Source of the DNA: Candidatus Saccharimonadota bacterium
GTDB taxonomy: Bacteria > Patescibacteriota > Saccharimonadia > Saccharimonadales > UBA4665
DNA: 32,000 nucleotides
Direction of reading: 5' to 3'
Assembly: GCA_016699955.1 (NCBI GenBank)
Contig: CP064993.1
Coordinates: 600,001-632,000, forward strand
Positions 24,999 to 32,000 of the stretch are shown here, piece after piece (positions within the stretch are counted from its first letter, which is position 1; every line of letters starts with the position of its first letter). The position numbers were made by a program, and so were the translations under genes. Under the pieces are notes generated by a model, which saw nothing but the letters and a program-made list of their open reading frames with translations, made no database searches and was not told the origin of the DNA.

Positions 24999-27887
24999 AT
25001 GAAGTTTAAGGCAAATACGCGGCGGAAGGCAAGTGAGTACGAGAAGGATCTTGTGCAGCACTGGAAAGAACACAAAACATTTGAGAAGTCGGTTGAACAG
25101 CGGCCAAAAGAAGGGGCGTATGTTTTCTACGACGGCCCTCCTTTTTTGACGGGCACGCCCCACCACGGGCATTTGCTGGTTTCGTCGGTCAAGGACGCGG
25201 TAGCACGATACCAAACGATGAAGGGCAAGCGAGTCGAGCGGCGTTGGGGCTGGGACTGTCATGGTTTGCCGGCTGAAGTCTTCGTCGAAAAGAAGCTTGG
25301 CATAACTAGTAAAAAAGAAATCGGCACCAAAATAAGCATAAGCGATTATGTTAGGGAGTGCCGTGCGGCTATGGTTCAGACCGGCACAGAATGGGAAGAT
25401 ACCATTTATAGACTGGGTCGCTGGGTTGAGTTTAAGGGTGCCTACAAAACCATGGACAATGAGTTTATGGAGTCTGTTTGGTGGGCCTTCAAAAAGCTCT
25501 ACGAAGAAGGCAAAATTTATGAAGGTGAAAAAATTTTGGTCTATTGCACCAAAGACGCTACGCCCATCAGCAAAAGTGAAGTTGCCATGGAAAACAGCTA
25601 CCAGCAGGACACTGATCCGAGCGTCTATGTCTATTTCAAAATCGATGATTCCGACGAGTCGTTGCTAGCTTGGACGACGACACCTTGGACACTACCCGCC
25701 AACGTGGCAGTGGCAGTACATCCCGATCTAGACTACTCGTTAGTGGAGTATGAGGGGCGAAAATTTTATGTCGCTACGGCAGCGCTCGAGCGAGTGATGG
25801 TCGACGACAAGAAAAGTGTATTGGCATACAATGTTGTAAAAAATATACAGGGGTCAGAGCTAGTTGGTAAACGATATCAGCCGCTGTTTGAAAATCGTGG
25901 ACCCGGGGCTCATCACGTGCTGGCCGCAGATTTTGTAACGGCTGACGATGGTACTGGCATCGTCCACGAAGCGCCTGCTTATGGTGAAGAAGATTACGAG
26001 CTGTGCAAGAAACATAGCGTGCCAGTCGTCTCGATCGTAGACGAAAACGGGAATTACACGGAGGGTGATTGGATAGGCCAAAATATATGGGATGTCAACA
26101 AAGAAATCGCCAAAACACTAGTTCGGGACGGGCGCGCGCTGCGAATTGAATATATACTGCACGACTACCCTCACTGTCACCGATGCGGTACTAAGCTCAT
26201 GTATAGGGCGCATCCAAGCTGGTTTATGGACATACAGCTTCAAAAAAATGAAATGCTACAGGCCAACCAAGCGACACGCTGGAAGCCGGATAATCTTAGA
26301 ACAGGACGTTTTAACAACATTATCGAGTCCGCTCCCGATTGGAATTTGAGCAGAGATCGTTACTGGGCTACACCCATACCTGTTTGGAGAGGTTATCGGC
26401 CTGATGGTACGGAGGTTGTGAAAGTCATCGGCTCGTACGAAGAGTTTGAACAATTAACTGGAAAGCGTTGTGATGATTACCATTTACCGAGCGTCATGGA
26501 CGTCACTTTCATTTGTGATGGGGTAGAGATGAGGCACATAGGTAAAGTCTTGGACTGTTGGTTTGAGAGCGGCAGTATGCCTTTTGCTCAGTTTCACTAC
26601 CCGTTTGAAAACAAGGAAAAATTTGAGCGTAGTTTTCCGGCAGATTTCATTATCGAAGCAATCGATCAGACCCGTGGATGGTTCTACAGCCTGACTGCCG
26701 TAAACGTGGCGCTCTTCGGAAAGTCGCCTTTTAAAAATCTGATTTGTACGGGATTTATAAATGCGGCGGACGGCAAAAAAATGAGCAAAAAACTCAAAAA
26801 CTACACAGACCCGATGGTGCTGATGGATGCTTTTTCCGTGGATGCTTTTCGTTTTATGATGCTATCGAGCCCGCTACTGGCAGGGGAGGATTTTGCTCTA
26901 AAGGACAAAGACGTACAGGATGTGCAGCGAAAGTTGGCAATGATTTGGAACATGTATGACTTTTTTACAATGTATGCCGATGTCGATGGATGGGAATGGG
27001 ATGGATCTCTCGAAGACCCTCTCAAGGGGTTACATAACCCATTAGACCGTTGGATGGTGTCAAGATTACATCAGATGCAACAACATGTAACGCGTCATAT
27101 GGATGACTATAATCTTCCTGAGGCAATGAGCGAAGTTTTGCCGTTGCTCGACGATGCAAGCAACTGGTACGTGCGACGGAGTCGCCGACGCTTCTGGAAG
27201 AGTGAAGATGATAGCGACAAAAATGACGCGTACCGCACGCTTCATTATGTTCTGGTGCGCCTGAGTATGCTGCTTGCACCCTTTACTCCATTTTTGTCCG
27301 AAGAGCTGTACCGGAAACTTACGGGCGGGGAAAGTGTACATTTGCTTGACTGGCCTAAGCAAGGCAGTATTGATGACCAAGTGCTCAGTGATATGGCACA
27401 TACGCGCATTGTGATTGAACAAGGTTTGGCTGCACGAATGTTTAAATCGGAACACGAAGTTCAAGTGAAAGTACGCCAGCCGCTTGCCACCCTTACTTAT
27501 GGTGGCGAGCAGCAACTAGGCGAGTTTTACGAGATGACAATTTCAGACGAGGTAAATGTAAGAGAAGTTATTTTTACGTCCGAAGTAAAAATGGCTGTAA
27601 GTGTTGACAAAAATATAACACCCGCTTTACAGAGAGAAGGCATGATGCGGGAAGTGGTGCGAGCCGTGCAAAATGCTAGGAAACAAGCCGGGCTTCAGGT
27701 GGATGATCGGATTGTACTATGCCTAACGACGACGAATAGCGAATTACAAACAGCAATTCAGGAGCATGAGGTTAGTATCAAGGCAGAGACGCTCGCACAA
27801 AGCATTGCAACGCTCGACGAAGCTGACTTTACCAGCATGCTCAGTATTGACGGAATTGATTTGGAAATTGCGCTGGGCAAAGTCTAG
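24999..27887 (+). CDS. ileS: Isoleucyl-tRNA synthetase
   Basis: The HIGH motif is TGTPHHGH and the KMSKS motif is KMSKKLKN. WTTTPWTLPAN marks the editing-domain junction. GGGAGG (24989-24994) precedes the ATG at 24999; the ORF-track TTG at 24987 overlaps the SD. Confidence 0.95.
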   Translation: MKFKANTRRKASEYEKDLVQHWKEHKTFEKSVEQRPKEGAYVFYDGPPFLTGTPHHGHLLVSSVKDAVARYQTMKGKRVERRWGWDCHGLPAEVFVEKKLGITSKKEIGTKISISDYVRECRAAMVQTGTEWEDTIYRLGRWVEFKGAYKTMDNEFMESVWWAFKKLYEEGKIYEGEKILVYCTKDATPISKSEVAMENSYQQDTDPSVYVYFKIDDSDESLLAWTTTPWTLPANVAVAVHPDLDYSLVEYEGRKFYVATAALERVMVDDKKSVLAYNVVKNIQGSELVGKRYQPLFENRGPGAHHVLAADFVTADDGTGIVHEAPAYGEEDYELCKKHSVPVVSIVDENGNYTEGDWIGQNIWDVNKEIAKTLVRDGRALRIEYILHDYPHCHRCGTKLMYRAHPSWFMDIQLQKNEMLQANQATRWKPDNLRTGRFNNIIESAPDWNLSRDRYWATPIPVWRGYRPDGTEVVKVIGSYEEFEQLTGKRCDDYHLPSVMDVTFICDGVEMRHIGKVLDCWFESGSMPFAQFHYPFENKEKFERSFPADFIIEAIDQTRGWFYSLTAVNVALFGKSPFKNLICTGFINAADGKKMSKKLKNYTDPMVLMDAFSVDAFRFMMLSSPLLAGEDFALKDKDVQDVQRKLAMIWNMYDFFTMYADVDGWEWDGSLEDPLKGLHNPLDRWMVSRLHQMQQHVTRHMDDYNLPEAMSEVLPLLDDASNWYVRRSRRRFWKSEDDSDKNDAYRTLHYVLVRLSMLLAPFTPFLSEELYRKLTGGESVHLLDWPKQGSIDDQVLSDMAHTRIVIEQGLAARMFKSEHEVQVKVRQPLATLTYGGEQQLGEFYEMTISDEVNVREVIFTSEVKMAVSVDKNITPALQREGMMREVVRAVQNARKQAGLQVDDRIVLCLTTTNSELQTAIQEHEVSIKAETLAQSIATLDEADFTSMLSIDGIDLEIALGKV

Positions 27888-28559
27888 ATGCATACAAGGC
27901 CTACTGTTATTGGTGTCACGCCGGCCTTTGATGAGGGAGTGAAGCTGCCTGCCTCACAGGCTTCACTATACATACGACGTGAGTATACTCAGGTTCTGAA
28001 CGAAGCTGGGGTGCTGCCGGTCATTCTTTCACCCGATATGCCGGTTGAGTATATTTTAGAGCTTTGTGACGGCTTGGTTATTTCGGGAGGCGAAGATATT
28101 CCTGGCGAGGTCTATGGTGGAGAGAAACTGCTAACGGTACCAGAGCCACTAGAACGTGTCATGTGGGAGCGTGTTTTGATTGACAGATTTACCGCGGCTA
28201 ATAAGCCAATATTGGGTGTTTGCTACGGCATGCAGCTGCTGGCGCTCCACTATGGTGGAAGTTTGTACCAAGATATACATGCGGAAGTTGAACTGAGTAT
28301 CGAACACGTGGGTGTTACTCACGATGTTTCTATGAAAACCGATTTTTTAGGCCTAAAAAAAGCGCAGACTTACCAGGTTGTATCTCGGCATCATCAGGCG
28401 GTAGCGACGTTACCGGACGGTTTTGAGCTCTGTGCAGTCGCACCGGACGGAGTAATCGAAGCGATGCAAAGTGAACGTAGCTTTGGGATACAGTGGCACG
28501 CAGAATCTGACAGAAACGGTTCTATACTGTACAGAGAGTTTATTGCACGTTGCGGGTGA
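27888..28559 (+). CDS. Class I glutamine amidotransferase / peptidase C26 (gamma-glutamyl hydrolase-like)
   Basis: The nucleophile elbow is GVCYGMQLL, with HHQAV and GIQWHAE also present. The ATG directly abuts the ileS stop (TAGATG). Confidence 0.8.
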   Translation: MHTRPTVIGVTPAFDEGVKLPASQASLYIRREYTQVLNEAGVLPVILSPDMPVEYILELCDGLVISGGEDIPGEVYGGEKLLTVPEPLERVMWERVLIDRFTAANKPILGVCYGMQLLALHYGGSLYQDIHAEVELSIEHVGVTHDVSMKTDFLGLKKAQTYQVVSRHHQAVATLPDGFELCAVAPDGVIEAMQSERSFGIQWHAESDRNGSILYREFIARCG

Positions 28560-28623
28560 CTTTACAAACAGGGGTAGGTTTGGTAACATAGAACGGATTA
28601 GTACTAAAGGTAAGGAAGACGGA

Positions 28624-28932
28624 ATGAAAAAAGCAGTTATTGCTACCGGCGGCAAACAGTATGTCGTAGCCGAAGGTCAAACACTTTCCATTGAGCGGCT
28701 TAAGAGTGATGATAAAACGGTCAGTTTTGACGCCATGATCGTTGTAGACGGTGAAAAGACAATCATTGGTGCTCCGCTCGTAAAAGGTGCTGTGGTAAAA
28801 GCGACCGTAGTAGATGCTGAGGCTCGAGCAGACAAGGTAACAGCTATACGCTACAAAGCAAAAAAACGAGTGCATAAGCTGCATGGTCACAAACAGGACC
28901 AGACAGTTATACAGATTGACAGCATAGTTTAA
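28624..28932 (+). CDS. rplU: 50S ribosomal protein L21
   Basis: From ATG 28624 the product reads MKKAVIATGGKQYVVAEGQTLSIERL...IRYKAKKRVHKLHGHKQ. The ORF-track start at 28471 lies inside the upstream gene. Confidence 0.92.
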   Translation: MKKAVIATGGKQYVVAEGQTLSIERLKSDDKTVSFDAMIVVDGEKTIIGAPLVKGAVVKATVVDAEARADKVTAIRYKAKKRVHKLHGHKQDQTVIQIDSIV

Positions 28933-28946
28933 CCTGAGTTCAAATT

Positions 28947-28974
28947 AAAAAAGTGTGACTATAAACACTTTTTT
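28947..28974. terminator. Bidirectional-type intrinsic terminator after rplU
   Basis: AAAAAAGTGT (28947-28956), loop GACTATAA, then ACACTTTTTT (28965-28974). Confidence 0.75.
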
Positions 28975-29193
28975 CAAGCCAAATGTGTTTTGCCTGTGGA
29001 TAAGTCCGCAGGAAAATATTAATCGTTGTTAATAATGCAATAATTATTTATTCATTTCGTAAACTTCATAGTGCGATTTTATGTGCAATTAACAGGGGTA
29101 AGGAATAAATGTTGCATTAATTACAATCAATGTAGAGTGTTTTTATAGCAAAAATGAACATATTTTTTTGCACACATTTTTTTGTCTTCTCTC

Positions 29194-29222
29194 TTGAACA
29201 ACTTCGATTGGAAGTGCATACT
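29194..29222 (+). promoter_or_regulatory. Candidate promoter of the large surface-protein gene
   Basis: TTGAAC (29194-29199), a 17-nt spacer, then CATACT (29217-29222). It sits at the end of a strongly AT-rich intergenic region and would give a leader of about 100 nt. Confidence 0.4.
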
Positions 29223-29327
29223 TTGGGGCAGGATAAGCCAAAACCAAAAAACAGGCAAAATCCGAAACAAAGATTGATCTCTCAAAATCAAACCGAGAAA
29301 TCAACACAAACACCTTAAACAAACCAA

Positions 29328-32000
29328 ATGATCAAACAAAAACGCACACAGCTTGCCTTGCTCGCGTGTACCCTCGGTCGGCTACGAACGAGGGGCTTTG
29401 TGTTTGTTTTGTCTGTTTTGCTCCTCCTACCCCTGTTTTTCCTCACGCGTGGGTACACAGGCGTAGAACACGCCTATGCCGCCACTTCCGACAACCTGAA
29501 CTTCCAAGCTCGCCTAGAGAACTCTGCCGGAGCCATCGCTGCCGATGGCTTCTACAACCTCCAGTTCAAGCTCTACGACGCTGCCAGTGGTGGTACCCTC
29601 CTCTGGACTGAAACCTACGACTACAACGGTGGTACCCCTGACCGTCGTGTTAGGGTAGCCAACGGCTACGTCACCGTCAACCTAGGCTCTATCACCAGCT
29701 TCCCTGGCAGCATGCCCTGGGATCAGCAGCTTTACCTCACCATGAACGTTGGCGGTACTGGCACCTCAGCCTCATGGGACGGAGAAATGAACCCACGCCT
29801 CAAACTCACTGCCGTACCCTATGCCTTCAACGCCAAGACAGCCAGTCAGCTTGTTACCACCAGCGGTGTTTTCATCTCCACCCTGGCTATCCAATCCCCG
29901 ACTGTCGGAAACCAAACCTTCCAAATCCAAAATCAGGGAGCAGCCGGAACCTACAACCTCCTAACCGCACCATCGGGCAGTGATGGCTACATCAAGCTGC
30001 AGACTGGGACACCAGGAACCGCTCAGACCGGGCACTTCAACATCTCTGGCACAGGTATAGCTGCCATCTTGCAGGGCTCAACTAGCGTCCTCACCCCCAT
30101 CCTAGACACTGCCGCCGCTGGCACCCTAACCATTGGCGGTACCAATGCTTCTTCTATTTCTCTGGCAGATGACACCGTCCTGGCTGCCAACAAGACCATC
30201 ACCATCACAGGCGGCGATACAACTACTCGCAACGGGCTGACTCCAACCGAAGGTATGGTATTCTACGACACTACCACCAAACAACTTCTAATCTACGCCA
30301 ATGGCAAGTGGCAGGCTGACAGAGAAACGGCTACAAAGATCGTAGCCCCGAGTACTGCTAGCCAAGCCCTGAAAGATGCTGCCGACTATGTCGCAACAGG
30401 TAGCGCCGATCAAACCATCATTAACACCGCTCTTACCGCTGCCGCTGGTGGCAAAGTTGTTCTACTCGAAGGAACATTTACTACCAGTGATGCTATCTCC
30501 ATACCAAACAACACGACACTAGCTGGTAACGGTCGTGGCACCTTAGTTACCTTTAGTAACATTGCAACTCAGAACAAGAACATGATCACCAACACAGATA
30601 CTACCAATGGTGAAGGCGTGGTTGTCCGTGATCTCCGCCTCGATGGTAACAAAGCCGTCAACACCAGTGGTACTCAGCATGGTATATATATGAACAACGT
30701 CGGTTTTGGCTCAAGCGGTGCCGGCATATTGCAAGGACCAACCGTCATTAACACTTGGGTCAACAACTTCCGTTCTACTGGTATCTACTACTACAGCAGC
30801 TCAAACGGTACCGTTGCCAACAACAATGTCCTTTACAACGTCGGTGACGGTATCAACATCAACGGGAGTAACCGCGTTACCGTCAGTAACAACACCGTCA
30901 TGGTGAACTCAGCCTTCGGTATCCGTGTCAGTGGGTCACTGGCTGTTACCGTGAATGCCAACACTATTGCCGGCAATGGCCTTCTGGCTGGCACGAACAC
31001 CGGTGGTGGTGTCTTGTTTGACGGCAGCAGCTCCAACAACGCCATTACCAACAACAGCCTCCGTGAGAACGGTGCCAGCAGTGGTACGGCCAACAGTAGT
31101 ATTTACATTGCCACTGCTAGCAATAACAGTATTACTGGTAACTCTATCTACGACTCGGCTGGTACCGGTCAGGGTATCCACATCTACGACGCTGCCTCAG
31201 TCTCTAACTACTTTGCCGACAACACCATGGTTGGTACTGGTGCTACTGGCATCATAGACAACGGCACTACTACCATATGGGGTGGTCAAACCAATGCCAG
31301 CGGCAACTTCATGATACAGCCAGCTGGAACTATTGAGCTGATGAAGAACACTAACATTGCCGCTAACCAGAACATTACCTTTGCAGCTGGGTCTGGTAAC
31401 TTCGACCAATCTGCTAGTAGTGGTACCTTTGCTACTGGCACGGGTGCCGTCAGCCTGAACGGAGATACAACTGTAGCTAGTGGTAAGAACCTGACTGTCA
31501 CCAGTGGCACCACAGCACTAACCGGCACTACCAACATAAACACCTCGGGTGCCGCTGCCACCAGCATCGGTACTGGCACTGGCAATAACACTGTTGGTAA
31601 CACCACAGGTACTCTCGGCCTGACGGGTAGCACAGTAACAGTTGCTGGTAATACTAGTATTAATACAACAGGTACTAACACAACCACCATAGGCTCTGTC
31701 ACTGCTGGTGCAGTTAGTATTACTTCCAATGCCCCTAGCAACTTCACCACCAACACAGGTGCCCTCACCCTCACCAGTGCCGCTGCTACCACCTGGAGCA
31801 CAACAGCCGGTGCTCTAACCCTGCAAGGTGCAGCTGGTGCGACCATTAAGTCTGCTGCTGGTACGACATCTAGTGATGTAACTGTCTCCACTGGCAATGC
31901 CAGCGCTGGCGCTAGTGGCAACATCACCATAGATACTGGTACCTACACCAGCGGTACTCCGACTGTGAACATCGGTACTACAGTTGCCGGCGCAGTCACC
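29328..32000 (+). CDS. Large secreted surface protein (at least 891 aa, 3'-truncated by the window): signal peptide, conserved N-terminal domain, right-handed parallel beta-helix (pectate-lyase/tailspike-like) region, and a Thr/Gly/Asn-rich fibrous repeat region
   Basis: I checked the frame codon by codon from ATG 29328 to nt 30539 and found no stop; the rest to nt 32000 was read through as an open frame in a first-pass translation. It is absent from the ORF track because no stop lies inside the window. The N-terminus is MIKQKRTQ..FVFVLSVLLLLPLFFL..AYA/AT. Other elements are NLQFKLYDAASGGTLLWTE..VRVANGYVTVNLG..PRLKLTAVPYAFNA, TEGMVFYDTTTKQLLIYANGKWQA, and the cap ADYVATGSADQTIINTALTAAAGGKVVLLEGTFT. 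PbH1-like turns include NNNVLYNVGDGININGSNRVTVSNNTVMVNS, NNAITNNSLRENG and NNSITGNSIYDS. Minus-strand ORFs in this region are low-complexity shadows. Confidence 0.85.
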   Translation, partial: MIKQKRTQLALLACTLGRLRTRGFVFVLSVLLLLPLFFLTRGYTGVEHAYAATSDNLNFQARLENSAGAIAADGFYNLQFKLYDAASGGTLLWTETYDYNGGTPDRRVRVANGYVTVNLGSITSFPGSMPWDQQLYLTMNVGGTGTSASWDGEMNPRLKLTAVPYAFNAKTASQLVTTSGVFISTLAIQSPTVGNQTFQIQNQGAAGTYNLLTAPSGSDGYIKLQTGTPGTAQTGHFNISGTGIAAILQGSTSVLTPILDTAAAGTLTIGGTNASSISLADDTVLAANKTITITGGDTTTRNGLTPTEGMVFYDTTTKQLLIYANGKWQADRETATKIVAPSTASQALKDAADYVATGSADQTIINTALTAAAGGKVVLLEGTFTTSDAISIPNNTTLAGNGRGTLVTFSNIATQNKNMITNTDTTNGEGVVVRDLRLDGNKAVNTSGTQHGIYMNNVGFGSSGAGILQGPTVINTWVNNFRSTGIYYYSSSNGTVANNNVLYNVGDGININGSNRVTVSNNTVMVNSAFGIRVSGSLAVTVNANTIAGNGLLAGTNTGGGVLFDGSSSNNAITNNSLRENGASSGTANSSIYIATASNNSITGNSIYDSAGTGQGIHIYDAASVSNYFADNTMVGTGATGIIDNGTTTIWGGQTNASGNFMIQPAGTIELMKNTNIAANQNITFAAGSGNFDQSASSGTFATGTGAVSLNGDTTVASGKNLTVTSGTTALTGTTNINTSGAAATSIGTGTGNNTVGNTTGTLGLTGSTVTVAGNTSINTTGTNTTTIGSVTAGAVSITSNAPSNFTTNTGALTLTSAAATTWSTTAGALTLQGAAGATIKSAAGTTSSDVTVSTGNASAGASGNITIDTGTYTSGTPTVNIGTTVAGAVT

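Noticed and set aside
30833-31930. Minus-strand ORFs in the surface-protein gene (for example 31286..31930, 214 aa) and short plus-strand ORFs in other frames.
   Set aside because: They are hydrophobic Val/Pro/Ala/Leu-rich mirror frames generated by the ACC/GGT/GCC-rich repeats of the real plus-strand frame, which reads as open in a single frame (checked codon by codon to nt 30539).
1-32000. CRISPR arrays, rRNA genes, prophage blocks, toxin-antitoxin pairs or recognisable defence operons.
   Set aside because: No regularly spaced direct repeats, no rRNA-like sequence and no characteristic gene sets were seen on either strand.

Overview
This 32 kb window is a compact, mostly housekeeping chromosome segment. 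The standard genetic code applies, since TGA is used as a stop codon. Gene content and order are Gram-positive-like: priA-def-fmt, rpsU-yqeY, adk-map, ftsA-ftsZ and nrdR-nrdJ. Together with large Thr/Asn/Gly-rich surface proteins at both edges, this suggests a small-genome Patescibacteria/CPR (Saccharibacteria-like) organism; that taxonomic guess is inference only.

Supported genes, in order:
- a 5'-truncated secreted repeat protein with a WxL-like C-terminus, plus a membrane-anchored partner
- a KGG-repeat stress protein
- an HExxH/Zn-ribbon protein
- a ROK kinase
- two adjacent IS elements (IS481-like and single-ORF IS66-family), each with a frameshifted transposase
- rpsA, infB, a Q/P-rich hypothetical, tRNA-Ala(CGC), fmt, def, priA
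- a small wHTH regulator
- an untracked 51-codon ORF with near-consensus expression signals
- rpsU, yqeY, adk, map, ftsA, ftsZ, nrdR, class II RNR (nrdJ)
- a Cys-less thioredoxin-fold protein
- a T-box leader followed by ileS
- a class I glutamine amidotransferase and rplU
- a large surface protein of at least 891 aa that runs off the 3' edge. It is missing from the ORF track because it has no in-window stop.

Most worth a second look:
- the giant beta-helix surface protein and its A+C-rich, SD-less leader
- the WxL-like two-gene pair
- the atypical ileS T-box
- paired 25-bp palindromes in the priA/wHTH divergent region
- the promoter-plus-terminator leader of the KGG gene
- the small ORF and the GC-rich non-coding block after it
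- a recurring TATACT-6-10 nt-start-codon arrangement that suggests leaderless mRNAs

I found no CRISPR array, no rRNA and no recognisable defence or secretion operon. All functional calls come from reading motifs by eye; no database search was run.
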